Source: an uncultured Phycisphaerales bacterium (lineage in GTDB: Bacteria > Planctomycetota > Phycisphaerae > Tepidisphaerales > Tepidisphaeraceae). Taken from it: a stretch of 64,000 nucleotides of DNA. Numbering within the stretch: the first letter of the stretch is position 1; each line of letters begins with the position of its first letter. Shown here piece by piece: positions 20,660 to 29,598 of the stretch. Under the pieces are notes generated by a model, which saw only the letters and a list, made by a program, of their open reading frames with translations, did no database searches and had not been told where the DNA came from. A program made the translations under genes and the position numbers. The DNA lies in NCBI GenBank assembly GCA_963758525.1, contig CAVWVQ010000003.1:4704001-4768000 (forward strand), in the 5' to 3' direction.

Positions 20660-20757
20660 CCCCTCAGCTTACCGCCGGCACTAACCCCCGCAATGACCGT
20701 GGCCGATAGAGAACCCGACCTTACCCGCCGTTCGCCCGGCGCTCCTGGAGCATTGCA

Positions 20758-21189
20758 ATGAGCATCACCTACGCGACGGCACAGCGGTACATCGATATCA
20801 CGAGCTGTGCTCTGGGCGCGACCCTCGGCATCAACACGGTCAAGGAGATCAAATACAAGATCAAGACCAAGATGATCAAAGGGTCTGGGGATGCGGACAA
20901 GACGCTCAGCTTCCAGGCCAAGGGGATGGCGGAGGTTGACGGCTCGGCAACCATCGACGACGTCGTGCAGGCTGAGGCGCTACTGGGCCAAGCGGCCGCA
21001 GATCTTGTCTTCACGGGATTGAACCCCGCCACCGGCAAAGTGCTGACTGTCACGGTCAAAAATTGCCAGTTCTTCGACATGGACGGCACGGCCAAACACG
21101 ACGATCTGCACGGCACGTCCGTCACCTTCAGCGGCTTCCTCGTCGGCGGATCGGGCGGCACCGCGATCGTCACCACCGCATCGGCGTAA
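20758..21189 (+). CDS. Putative tail tube (major tail) protein
   Basis: 143 aa, beta/Thr/Gly-rich, GGAG Shine-Dalgarno; adjacent to neck and tail genes. Confidence 0.55.
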   Translation: MSITYATAQRYIDITSCALGATLGINTVKEIKYKIKTKMIKGSGDADKTLSFQAKGMAEVDGSATIDDVVQAEALLGQAAADLVFTGLNPATGKVLTVTVKNCQFFDMDGTAKHDDLHGTSVTFSGFLVGGSGGTAIVTTASA

Positions 21190-21212
21190 TCTTTTTGATT
21201 CCGAGCCCAGCC

Positions 21213-21899
21213 ATGGGCATCAAATCAGACGACATCGAGCGCCTGCAGGCCAAGTTCGCCGGCTTCTTCGCCGGCATGGCCGAGGATCTGGAGCACGTGG
21301 GCACGATCGGCGCCGAGGCGATCGTTCAGACCACACTGGCAGGCATCGGCGAAGATGACCAGCCGTTTGCGCCCTACAGCCAGCAGTATGCCGCATTGCT
21401 CGCATCCGTCGGAGGCAAACAGCGCGGCGTTGTCGACCTGCGCGGCATCTTCCTCCACGACGATCAAACGCTGGAGCCCAAACGCAAGTTGAAGGGTGAG
21501 CAGCTTGCGAAGTGGAAGGAGAACCGCCGCCGCCAGGGGGCATTCCGTCAGGCCTACGTCCGCGTCACCGTCGGCGGCCGCACGTTCATTGCCCGCACCA
21601 AACAAACCCGCCCGCAGGTGGGCCCGACCGATCCGCTCTCCGAAATGTCCCTCGATCTGATCTCGGTGAAGGCGACGGATTCCAAGCTGACGATCATGTA
21701 CACCCCGCGCAGCAAGGAGTACATGATCTATCACCAGCACGGCGAAGGGAAGAACCCCCAGCGACTCTGGTTCACGGCCCGCAAGGCCGCGGTGGAACGG
21801 GCGATGATCAACGCCCTGAAGCTCTGCATCAAAGCCCGCGTCCAGTGGTTTAACGATCACAACAGCGGCGGCACACCGCCGACAGGAGCCAATGTCTGA
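21213..21899 (+). CDS. Neck/virion morphogenesis protein
   Basis: 'PFAPYSQQY' and 'YMIYHQHGEGKNPQRLWF' resemble the virion-morphogenesis motif (W.PL...YA..HQ.G...P.RPF). Confidence 0.55.
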   Translation: MGIKSDDIERLQAKFAGFFAGMAEDLEHVGTIGAEAIVQTTLAGIGEDDQPFAPYSQQYAALLASVGGKQRGVVDLRGIFLHDDQTLEPKRKLKGEQLAKWKENRRRQGAFRQAYVRVTVGGRTFIARTKQTRPQVGPTDPLSEMSLDLISVKATDSKLTIMYTPRSKEYMIYHQHGEGKNPQRLWFTARKAAVERAMINALKLCIKARVQWFNDHNSGGTPPTGANV

Positions 21900-22392
21900 C
21901 ACCATTCAATCCAACCTGGTGAGCGTCCTGGCGGCGATGACCGGCTCCGCTCCCGGCGGCAAAGCGTTCGCGAGCGTTCAGGTCGTGGAGGATCTGGCGG
22001 CACTGGAGCGGATCGCCGGCTTGTTCGCATTCCCGGTCTGCGGGGTGATCGCCAAGGTCGCCGAGTGGGGCAACGCGACGGACAACGCGGAGGATCACGT
22101 CGAGCGGCTGGAGTTCGTCGTGGCGATCAAGATGGCCGTGCGGCGGGCGGTGCAGGAGGATGACACCACGGTGATCAACGGCCTGACGGCGATGGCAGAG
22201 GCGTGCCGGGCGCGTGTGCTGAGCGACACCACCCGCGGCGGCCTGGCATCACCGATTCGCTTCAACGGCCGCTTCATGCGTGACACGGATTTGCGGGGAC
22301 CGACAAAGATCGACGCGCCCAAGAAGGGGCATCAGTTTTATACCGCGACGTTCCCGGTGGTCTGCGGTCTGCGCGTCGAGCGGGTCTTCTGA
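21892..22392 (+). CDS. Tail terminator/completion-like protein
   Basis: Size, alpha/beta pattern, 'VLSDTTRGGLA'; overlaps the neck gene. Confidence 0.45.
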   Translation: MSDTIQSNLVSVLAAMTGSAPGGKAFASVQVVEDLAALERIAGLFAFPVCGVIAKVAEWGNATDNAEDHVERLEFVVAIKMAVRRAVQEDDTTVINGLTAMAEACRARVLSDTTRGGLASPIRFNGRFMRDTDLRGPTKIDAPKKGHQFYTATFPVVCGLRVERVF

Positions 22393-22393
22393 T

Positions 22394-23184
22394 TCATCCG
22401 CGATTGAACGATCCGCTTCCCACCCCGAAAGTCGCGTCCTCGGTCTTCTGAGCCTCAGCCTCGAGGAGGTTGGCTTCCTTAATCGTCCCCATCAGCATCA
22501 CATACCGCTGCATCGCCTGCTCGGCGATCAGCCGCGGCTCCTCCAGGTGCTCGGATTGCTGGCACGCCTTGGCCTTAGTTAGCGCCGCGCACGCCTCACG
22601 CAGGACCCCCACGCCGGTGATGTCGCGAAGATCCGGCAGGTCCGGACCGCGCTGCCCCGGCACGAAGCCGGCGATGCCCGCCTTGCCGGTAAACAGATCC
22701 GGCACGGCCGCCGGCAGGTCGGCGCCCATGATCTGACGCATGCTCATCGCGTGGATCGACGCCAGGCCATAGATGCTGTCGTACCCTCCGAGCCGGGCTG
22801 CCTCGCTCTGGCTGATCAGCACATCCAAATCCACCGCGAACGCGGGGATAACTACGGCGTCGGTGTCGTCCTGCGTGTAGCTGTTGACGTACGCGATACC
22901 CGAGAGTGCCACGCCCGCCTCAGTCAACGCTGCGCCGCGCCGGTGAGATAGACCACGCCGCTGATGCCCGTCGCAGTTCCCTGCAGGACCGGCTGCGTGC
23001 GTGCGGCATCGGAGTAAAGCGTCAGTTGGACGTTGCCCCCGACGTTCTGGATCGACAGATAGAGCGTGCCGCTGTCACTGAGCGTATCGCCGTGGATGGT
23101 GGGCAGCCCGTCGATCGACGTCATGCGCACGTCGGCGAAGAGGCGGTTGTTCAAGACCGGGATGTAGCGGAATGAGGGGATCAT
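22394..23184 (-). CDS. Head-tail connector-region protein(s): ORFs 22924-23184 and 22394-22927, possibly one frameshifted gene
   Basis: Downstream of the capsid gene; 4-bp overlap; composition reads continuously across the overlap. Confidence 0.45.
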
Positions 23185-23258
23185 GGCGCTGGTTTAATCC
23201 GAGTCTGGCGACCGACGGCACTCCGCAGCGTCGCCGGCGCCAGCTCGGTCGCCGTTCG

Positions 23259-23834
23259 TTACTTGGCTGCTTCTGCCGCCCGGATCTGCTTCACGGTCGC
23301 CGGGCCGATGCCCTCGATCTTGAGCAGTTCCGCGTCGGTCTTGCCGAGCAACTCGCTCAGTGGTCTGCCTGCGAATTTCGGTTCCTCGGGATTCAGGTCA
23401 AGCGTGAGATCGGTATCTTCCTCACGCCCCGCCTCACCCTCCGTGCCTTCCCCGGTTTTCTCCGCGCTTGCCCCAACGCTCTTCACCGGCGGCAGCGGCT
23501 TCACCTTCGCCGGCACGTGTTTCAGATGGGATGCGTTGATCCCTTCGTTCTCCAGCGCCGCCTTGATTGCCGCGATCTGCGTCGGCGCGAGCCCCTGACG
23601 CTGGAGCTGCTCGAGCGTCTGTCCGCTGTAGGTGCTCAACGGCTTGCCGGTTTCGGGCAGGATACGCGTCCACACTGGCTCGCGGGTCTGCTGGGAGAGG
23701 ATGACGTGATCCAGCATCGTTTTGCCATCGAATTGGTCTGGCATGGAAGCGAGCAGGACACTCATCGCGTCGGCCAGAAAGCGTTCGTGGGGCCGGGCAG
23801 TCTTGAAGAGCTGGTCCAGGCGTGGATCAAACAT
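23259..23834 (-). CDS. HhH / RNA polymerase alpha-CTD-like domain protein
   Basis: 'LSELLGKTDAELLKIEGIGPATVKQI' plus a degenerate second copy; GGAG Shine-Dalgarno before ATG 23834. Confidence 0.65.
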   Translation of the reverse strand: MFDPRLDQLFKTARPHERFLADAMSVLLASMPDQFDGKTMLDHVILSQQTREPVWTRILPETGKPLSTYSGQTLEQLQRQGLAPTQIAAIKAALENEGINASHLKHVPAKVKPLPPVKSVGASAEKTGEGTEGEAGREEDTDLTLDLNPEEPKFAGRPLSELLGKTDAELLKIEGIGPATVKQIRAAEAAK

Positions 23835-23847
23835 CGGCGATCTCCTC

Positions 23848-23896
23848 AAAAAAGACGCCGGCGGAGAGCAGTCAAGGAGAGTCTCTCCGCCGACGT
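23848..23896 (-). terminator. Intrinsic terminator after the capsid gene
   Basis: Minus strand reads ACGTCGGCGGAGAG...CTCTCCGCCGGCGT then C-T6. Confidence 0.65.
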
Positions 23897-23906
23897 TCTA
23901 TTGCGG

Positions 23907-24845
23907 TTACGTCAGCGACGGAGCGGTGTAGCTGCCGTTGGTCGTGATCTGCATCACGACGCCATTAGTGCGGTTGCGGGCGCCGATCCCGAAGATCCGG
24001 CGCCAGTGCTTGCCGAGCAGCGGGTTGGTTTGCACGTCCACCGGCTTGTTGTCCGGCGTGGCCAACTGCAGCCCGCGCTCATCCGCCATATCGCTTTCGC
24101 GCCAGCGGAGCGGCGGTTCTTTGGTGCGGTCGAAGGCGCCAATGTAGCCCTGCGGCCAATGCGGGAATTCCACCAGCTCGCCCAGGGCGCTGAGGATGCG
24201 ACCGCGCGTCCGAATGCCGGTGCCGAGCATCCCGTATTGGCTGGGGTTGGCGTACTTCCCGAAGAGGTCCTGGGAGAGCTGCGTATTGAGGATCTCCACG
24301 GGCGGGACAAAGTCCGTGCCGGCGGTGAAGTTGCTGGCGATGTAGTCGGCATCGGCGCGGTTCACGATGTAGATGATGTCGGCATCGTTGCCCACGTTGC
24401 GCAGCGTTGAACGAATGGTCGCGAAGTTCGCGGCGGTCGGCTGGCTGGTGCCGCTCACCAGATAGTGATTCAGCGACGCCAGGAGGATTTCCTGGCCGTA
24501 TGCCCAGACCGATCCAACGCTGCCGTCGGCATTGGCCAGGCGGGTGACGTTGACCGGTGCGAGGTTGGGCACGCCCGTCAGCGCTGTCGCGTTCATGCCG
24601 GGCCATTTGGTGTCGTCGAACGTGAAATTGACGTTGTTGAGCAGACCATTGAGCAGCTCGACGATCACCGTCTCGATGTCCGCAAGCGTCGCCTGCAGGA
24701 TGGTCGTCGCGAGATCGATGAACTTGGCCCGCTTGAGCCAGGCGTACTCGTAGATCTGCTTGTCGCCGAAGGCGTAGATCGGGAAACCCACATACCAGCG
24801 CTGCCCGGCCCGCGTCGCTTCGACGCTGCCGCGGGTAGCCAGCTT
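23907..24845 (-). pseudogene. Major capsid protein, 5'-truncated
   Basis: Frame reads [27 protein letters not shown]... from a TAG at 24846-24848 with no start or RBS; C-terminus 'WRRIFGIGARNRTNGVVMQITTNGSYTAP' is capsid-like; followed by terminator and head-completion genes. Confidence 0.7.
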
Positions 24846-24846
24846 C

Positions 24847-25320
24847 TACCTGAGCGACGCGAACCTGATCCGCGCGAACCTGAGCGACGCGAACCTGATC
24901 CGCGCGAACCTGAGCGACGCGAACCTGATCCGCGCGAACCTGAGCGACGCGAACCTGATCCGCGCGAACCTGAGCGACGCGGACCTGGAACCCATCCGAT
25001 TGGATTTCGTCGCCGTTCTTGACGCTGCTCCCGGAGAAGTCACCGGTCTGAGGCAGGCGTTGATTGAAGGGAAAATCGACGGCAGCGCCTACGAGGGCGA
25101 GTGTGCCTGCCTCGTCGGAACCATCGCCAATGTGAAGCATTGCAATTATCAGGAGCTCCCCGGTCTGGCACCAGATTCGTCGCGTCCGGCCGAGCGTTTT
25201 TTCCTGGCGATCAGCGTTGGCGACACACCGGAGAAGAGTCAGTTCGCGTCGCTGGCCGTGCAGTGGATCGATGAATGGACAACTCGGCAGCCGGTGAAAG
25301 TCGAAGGAGCCCCGCTGTGA
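24847..25320 (+). pseudogene. Phage pentapeptide-repeat protein, 5'-truncated
   Basis: A(N/D)LxX repeats in frame with '[21 protein letters not shown]...SSRPAERFF...GDTPE'; no start codon between the TAG at 24775 and the repeats. Confidence 0.75.
24848..24981 (+). repeat. Perfect 30-bp tandem repeat, about 4.4 copies (encodes [10 protein letters not shown] pentapeptides)
   Basis: TGAGCGACGCGAACCTGATCCGCGCGAACC at 24851, 24881, 24911 and 24941, plus a partial copy. Confidence 0.95.
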
Positions 25321-25532
25321 GCTCGACCGATTTCGACATCCACAAGGACCTTCGGCGCGAGTACGCCGGCTTGGCGATGCAGGCGCTGCTGTCGGCCTGG
25401 CAACGGACTCCGCGCGATTCGCCCGCATGCAGGACTCGGCGCGGATGCGCATCGACGTGGGGGTCGTGGCCGAAAACGCATTCGATACAGCCGACGCGTT
25501 CCGGGGAGACGGCAAACGGAGAATCGTTATGA
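25317..25532 (+). CDS. Small phage protein (LRDYFA-type), apparently frameshifted
   Basis: '[14 protein letters not shown]' in one frame and '[11 protein letters not shown]' in the next. Confidence 0.45.
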   Translation: MSSTDFDIHKDLRREYAGLAMQALLSAWQRTPRDSPACRTRRGCASTWGSWPKTHSIQPTRSGETANGESL

Positions 25533-26842
25533 CTGACGTGATCGAAACAGGACTCGCACGCCGCACCACTGAACTGGCGCCGATGCAAGAGTACATCGGC
25601 CCGGTGATGACCGTCGACCAGGCGATCGCCAGGTACAACGTCGTCGCCGATTTCACGAGGCGCGTGCTGCGTGAGGGGATGGACTACGGCACGATTCCTG
25701 GCACCGCGAAGCCGTCGAAAGACGGCGTTCCTTCGAGCAAGAACAACACGCTGCTGAAGGCCGGCGCAGAGAAACTGTGCACACTGTTCGGACTGGTCCC
25801 CGATTTCGAGGATTACCGGATCGTCGAGGACTGGAGCGCCGGTCTGTTTTACTACGCGTTCCGCTGCAAGCTCTCCCGGCACGGACAGCTCATCGCCTCG
25901 GCGATCGGAAGCGCCAACTCGCGCGAGAAGAAGTATCGGAGGGCAGCGCGGGTCTGTCCGGACTGCGGCGCATCGACCATTAAGAAGAGCAAATATCCAC
26001 CCAAGCACAAGCCACAGGCCGAGCCGGGTTGGTATTGCGAGGATAAATCTGGTGGCTGCGGGCGCAACTTCGAGGCTGCGGATCCCAAGATCGTCGATCA
26101 GAAGACAGTTGCGGATCCAAGCGATGCCTGCGACCAGATCAACACCTTGCAAAAGATGGCCCAGAAGCGGGCGCTCGTGGCGGCGGCCCTGATCGCGACG
26201 AACGCCAGCGAGTTCTTCACCCAGGACGTCGAGGATATGGCGATCGTCGAGCAGCCAGATCCGCCGCGGGGCAACGCCCCACAGGACCGACAGAATCAGC
26301 AGCAGAACCAGGGACAAAAGAATCAGCAGCAGGAAGAGCAGCAACCCGACCTGAATGACGACGCGATCTTCATGCAGGAAGCTATCAAGCATCTGATGGC
26401 GCGTGGATTCACCCAAGAAGGCGCTGAGGAGGCGATCCTTGCGACCATCGATAAGGCCAAAAAGCCGCTCGCTGAACTGGCGATCAGTTGGCGCCGCGGC
26501 GTGATCAACGCTGCATGGTCGGGCAAGTTCGACAAGGGGTTGCACAAAGAGACGCCGGCTGCCGACGCTACTGCGCCGACTCCGGAAGATCCAACCACCG
26601 CGCTTGTCGAGCTGCCATGGGAGGAGTTCCTCGCCAAATGGTATTCGATGATCGAGGACAAATGCGGCCGCGCTGACTTCAACGGCGGGGTCGGTGCCGC
26701 CGCGCTGAAGCTCGGCAAGAAGGGCAAAGAGGCGTCCATCAGCAGGGAGATGCGCAAGCGGTGGGTGGAGGCGTCGCTGGACGATCGATTCGATTTTCTG
26801 ACGGGCACCGTGCATCAGGAAGCAGCGGCGCCGGTCTCGTGA
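25529..26842 (+). CDS. Putative recombination/single-strand annealing protein with Zn finger
   Basis: 'DYGTIPG...TLLKAGAEKL', 'GSANSRE', CPDC...C...GGC, 'NTLQKMAQKRALVAA', 'SEFFTQDVED'; early-gene position. Confidence 0.55.
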   Translation: MTDVIETGLARRTTELAPMQEYIGPVMTVDQAIARYNVVADFTRRVLREGMDYGTIPGTAKPSKDGVPSSKNNTLLKAGAEKLCTLFGLVPDFEDYRIVEDWSAGLFYYAFRCKLSRHGQLIASAIGSANSREKKYRRAARVCPDCGASTIKKSKYPPKHKPQAEPGWYCEDKSGGCGRNFEAADPKIVDQKTVADPSDACDQINTLQKMAQKRALVAAALIATNASEFFTQDVEDMAIVEQPDPPRGNAPQDRQNQQQNQGQKNQQQEEQQPDLNDDAIFMQEAIKHLMARGFTQEGAEEAILATIDKAKKPLAELAISWRRGVINAAWSGKFDKGLHKETPAADATAPTPEDPTTALVELPWEEFLAKWYSMIEDKCGRADFNGGVGAAALKLGKKGKEASISREMRKRWVEASLDDRFDFLTGTVHQEAAAPVS

Positions 26843-26915
26843 TTCACTTGTTTTCCTGATCGCCTGTGCGCTTCGACGGGAGCGCGCCGGGCTTCAAGAC
26901 AGGAAAGGAGTCAGC

Positions 26916-27335
26916 ATGTCTGATCAGCAACAGGAAAAACAGGAGTTCTGGGCGATCGTCGAGGTGATGGGCCACAAGCAGCTCGCTGGCTACGTCACCG
27001 AGCAGACCTTCGGCGGCGCATCATTCGTTCGCGTCGATTCACCCGAGGTGGAAGTGCCGATACCGCGCTACGCGCAGGTCGAGGGAGAGCCGACTACCAA
27101 AATCCTCCCAAAGTTCACCAAGCTGCTGGGCGCGGCGTCGATCTATGGAATCACACCATGCACAGAAGAAGTGGCTCGACGCGCCGTAGCGGCATTTCAG
27201 GCGCGGCCGGTGGACACGCTCGATCTCACGCGGCCAGCGTTGCCGGCGCCTAAGGCAGCCGATCCGAGTGATCTGACTGAAGATGAGTTGGATGCGGCGC
27301 TGAACGATGAAAGCGCAATCGAAGGGGGCTTCTAA
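26916..27335 (+). CDS. Conserved phage hypothetical protein
   Basis: 'WAIVEVMGHKQLAGYVTE...FVRVD...SIYGITPCTEE'; AGGAG Shine-Dalgarno. Confidence 0.7.
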   Translation: MSDQQQEKQEFWAIVEVMGHKQLAGYVTEQTFGGASFVRVDSPEVEVPIPRYAQVEGEPTTKILPKFTKLLGAASIYGITPCTEEVARRAVAAFQARPVDTLDLTRPALPAPKAADPSDLTEDELDAALNDESAIEGGF

Positions 27336-27354
27336 CACTCGAGGAGCTTTTCCA

Positions 27355-27531
27355 ATGAAAAGCCAGGGCGATCTGCGCAACATGATCGGCGAGCTGCTGG
27401 ATCTGGAAGAGGGGCTCAACGGCTGGGAGCTGCAGTTTATCGAGGACATGGATAAGCGCCGCCAGAATTACAGCCCTGGCCAGGCATCGAAGATCGAGCA
27501 GATTTGGGACGAGCGGATTGGGAACAAGTGA
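27355..27531 (+). CDS. Small phage hypothetical protein
   Basis: GAGGAG Shine-Dalgarno; 'LNGWELQFIEDM...SPGQASKIEQIW'. Confidence 0.6.
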   Translation: MKSQGDLRNMIGELLDLEEGLNGWELQFIEDMDKRRQNYSPGQASKIEQIWDERIGNK

Positions 27532-27749
27532 TGATGCAGGCCGTGGAACAAGCCGACCGACTCCTCACCGATCGACAGGTAGGTGAGCTTTATGGCGTCA
27601 CGCGCTTCACTGTGTGGCACTGGGCGCGGGCGGGCCGGATTCCGGGCCCGATCGTCAACCGCACGCGATTTGCGCGCTGGTCGCACCTGCAGATCCAGGA
27701 GTCGATCAGGGCGCTGCGTGAAGCCGAGCGTCAGGAGGCGTCTTCGTGA
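27528..27749 (+). CDS. Excisionase/AlpA-like HTH protein
   Basis: 'LLTDRQVGELYGVTRFTVWHWARAGRIPGP...ARW'; overlaps the integrase start. Confidence 0.8.
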   Translation: MMMQAVEQADRLLTDRQVGELYGVTRFTVWHWARAGRIPGPIVNRTRFARWSHLQIQESIRALREAERQEASS

Positions 27750-28939
27750 GCATCTATCGCCGCAAATCCGCCAATGGGAAGCCGTCTCGGTTCTACACCG
27801 CCGAATTCTGGTACCGCGGCCACCTCCATCGGCAGGGGGGGTTCGTCGACCGTGATTCCGCGAAACATTGGATGATGAGCGAGTCGCTCAAGTTGCGGCG
27901 CGGCTCCAGTGGCTACATCAAGCCGCTGTTCAAGGCTCTGGTAATGCCTCTGATTGAGCAGTTTTCCGACCGGTTGCGGGAACGCGATCGCGACGAGATG
28001 TACGCCTACACGGCCGAGCGCCGGCTCAATCGCCTCGCCGCAGAGTGCGCATGGGTGACCTTGGGCGACGTGACGCAGAGCAGTCTCGATCGATGGGCGT
28101 CGGGAGAAAGCACTTGGCGCGGGAAGCCGATCGGGGGACGCACGAAAAATCAGTACATCGACATCGCGGTGCAGTGGGGGAAGTGGCTGGCATCGCCACG
28201 CGTCGCGAAGTTGTCATCCAATCCATTCTCCGGCACCGAACACGTCGCCGCCAAACACAACAATCTGTACCGCCGCTCCGGGACGCTGGAGGAGCTGAAC
28301 AAGTTGCTGTCCACATGCGCGGCATCACGCAGGCTCTATTACGTGTTCCGGATCTATTCGCCGCTTCGTGCCAAGACGATCGGCCGGCTGACCTGGGACA
28401 TGCTCCACCTCAACGCCGCGCCGCCTTTTGCCAAGACGCCGGCGGAGTGGAACAAGAGCAAACGCGAGGAGAAGCACACCCTGCGCTACGACGTGGCCCA
28501 GCAGCTCCGCACAGCCAGGCGCAAGGCGAAGGCAGAGGATCTGGTGTTCCCAGACGCGCCGACCCTCGAAGATTTCCGCGCCGATCTCAAGGCGGCCGGG
28601 GTGGCGATCGACGATGGCAAGGGCAATCGCCGCCTCGACTATCACGCCTTGCGCCGGACGCTGGTCAGGATCGCCAAGGGCGCCGGCCTATCGATCGACC
28701 AGGCGTCTCTGCTCCTCGGTCACCGAGATCCACGCACGACGCGGAAATATTACGACGAAGATCAGGTGTCACCGGATCTAGGCGCCGCCGTCGAGAAGCT
28801 CCCGACACTGGGCGCTGTCAGGAGGCGCAATGATCTTCATCCAGACCGCGGGCACGATCATCAATGTCTCGAAGCTGACGATGCTCGACATCGCCGCTGG
28901 GCGCCAAGTCGTCGCTCATTTTGTGGGGGGGCTCGGTAA
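27746..28939 (+). CDS. Tyrosine recombinase (phage integrase); true stop may be near 28833
   Basis: 'PLRAKTI', 'DYHALRRT', 'LLGHRDPRTTRKYY' give the R, H-x-x-R, H and Y catalytic set; the last ~35 aa look out of frame. Confidence 0.92.
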   Translation: MSIYRRKSANGKPSRFYTAEFWYRGHLHRQGGFVDRDSAKHWMMSESLKLRRGSSGYIKPLFKALVMPLIEQFSDRLRERDRDEMYAYTAERRLNRLAAECAWVTLGDVTQSSLDRWASGESTWRGKPIGGRTKNQYIDIAVQWGKWLASPRVAKLSSNPFSGTEHVAAKHNNLYRRSGTLEELNKLLSTCAASRRLYYVFRIYSPLRAKTIGRLTWDMLHLNAAPPFAKTPAEWNKSKREEKHTLRYDVAQQLRTARRKAKAEDLVFPDAPTLEDFRADLKAAGVAIDDGKGNRRLDYHALRRTLVRIAKGAGLSIDQASLLLGHRDPRTTRKYYDEDQVSPDLGAAVEKLPTLGAVRRRNDLHPDRGHDHQCLEADDARHRRWAPSRRSFCGGAR

Positions 28940-29130
28940 AGCTCTGCCGCAAGGATGCCATCCAACTCACAGAGGCGATGGGAGATTTGGCCAGGCGAAA
29001 GCTGATTGTCGCCCAACACGCTCCGGCGCTCCCCAAGTGGGCGAGCGAGAAGCGGAGGGCACAATGAGAGGTCCCACCACTTCCGTACACAATCGCGCTC
29101 CACAGCAGGGGAAAACAGCGGTTTCTGATC

Positions 29131-29154
29131 AGGTTCGAATCCTAGTACCCCAGC
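29131..29154 (+). other. att core: 3' fragment of tRNA-Gln
   Basis: AGGTTCGAATCCTAGTACCCCAGC = T-loop GTTCGAATC plus the Gln-type acceptor end TACCCCAG; no 5' tRNA half upstream. Confidence 0.8.
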
Positions 29155-29323
29155 TTGTTGGCCCCTTTATTTTCCCTGCATCTTCTATGAGGCGCTCGGA
29201 CCATCCGACGATTTGGTAAGGAAACCCCGTCGCTTGAGGTTTGCATCTGCCGCAGGTTCAGATAGACGAGAAGATCTTCAAAGCCGCGGAGCCGCGGGCA
29301 GCAGAGGACGGTTATTCAACCCC

Positions 29324-29521
29324 ATGCTCGTGCATGATCTGACGGAAGATGGTATCGGCGAGACCCCCAATCTGGATCATCTGTTCACGCCGGAGCGGCT
29401 CGCGGAGATCGACGAGGCGGCGGCCGATGTCGAAGCAGGGAACTATTTCACTGCCGAGCAGGTCCGGGAACACTTCAAGCAGAAGCGAGAAGCATGGATC
29501 CAGAAAAACGGCGAACGTTGA
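29324..29521 (+). CDS. Putative antitoxin (acidic, ParD/addiction-module-like)
   Basis: 'LAEIDEAAADVEAGNYFTAEQV'; TTGA overlap with a toxin-like fragment. Confidence 0.55.
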   Translation: MLVHDLTEDGIGETPNLDHLFTPERLAEIDEAAADVEAGNYFTAEQVREHFKQKREAWIQKNGER

Positions 29522-29580
29522 CTGTCGTCTATGCGACCAAGGCCATCAAGTAACTCGACGACATCTGGACTGGACGATAG
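29518..29580 (+). pseudogene. ParE/RelE toxin N-terminal remnant
   Basis: MTVVYATKAIK*LDDIW matches the ParE start pattern (V.....A..DL..IW); in-frame TAA, then truncated. Confidence 0.55.
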
Positions 29581-29598
29581 GTAAGAAATCCGGCGCAC

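Larger units (their letters stand above)
1..29154. mobile_element. Prophage (siphovirus-like tail), left end outside window, integrated at tRNA-Gln; internally rearranged or deleted
   Basis: Capsid, neck, tail tube, tape measure, tail fibre, lysis-like, recombination, excisionase and integrase genes; tRNA 3' fragment just after the integrase; host-type genes start immediately beyond it. Confidence 0.9.

Noticed and set aside
20705..22392. Site-specific invertible segment
   Set aside because: Only a weak ~10-bp imperfect match between the ends, and the gene order is not a simple inversion of the canonical order
24848..24981. 30-bp direct repeats as a CRISPR array or iterons
   Set aside because: No spacers and no cas genes; the repeats translate in frame as pentapeptide repeats
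29090..29160. Complete tRNA gene
   Set aside because: Only the T-loop and 3' acceptor strand are present; no D or anticodon arms
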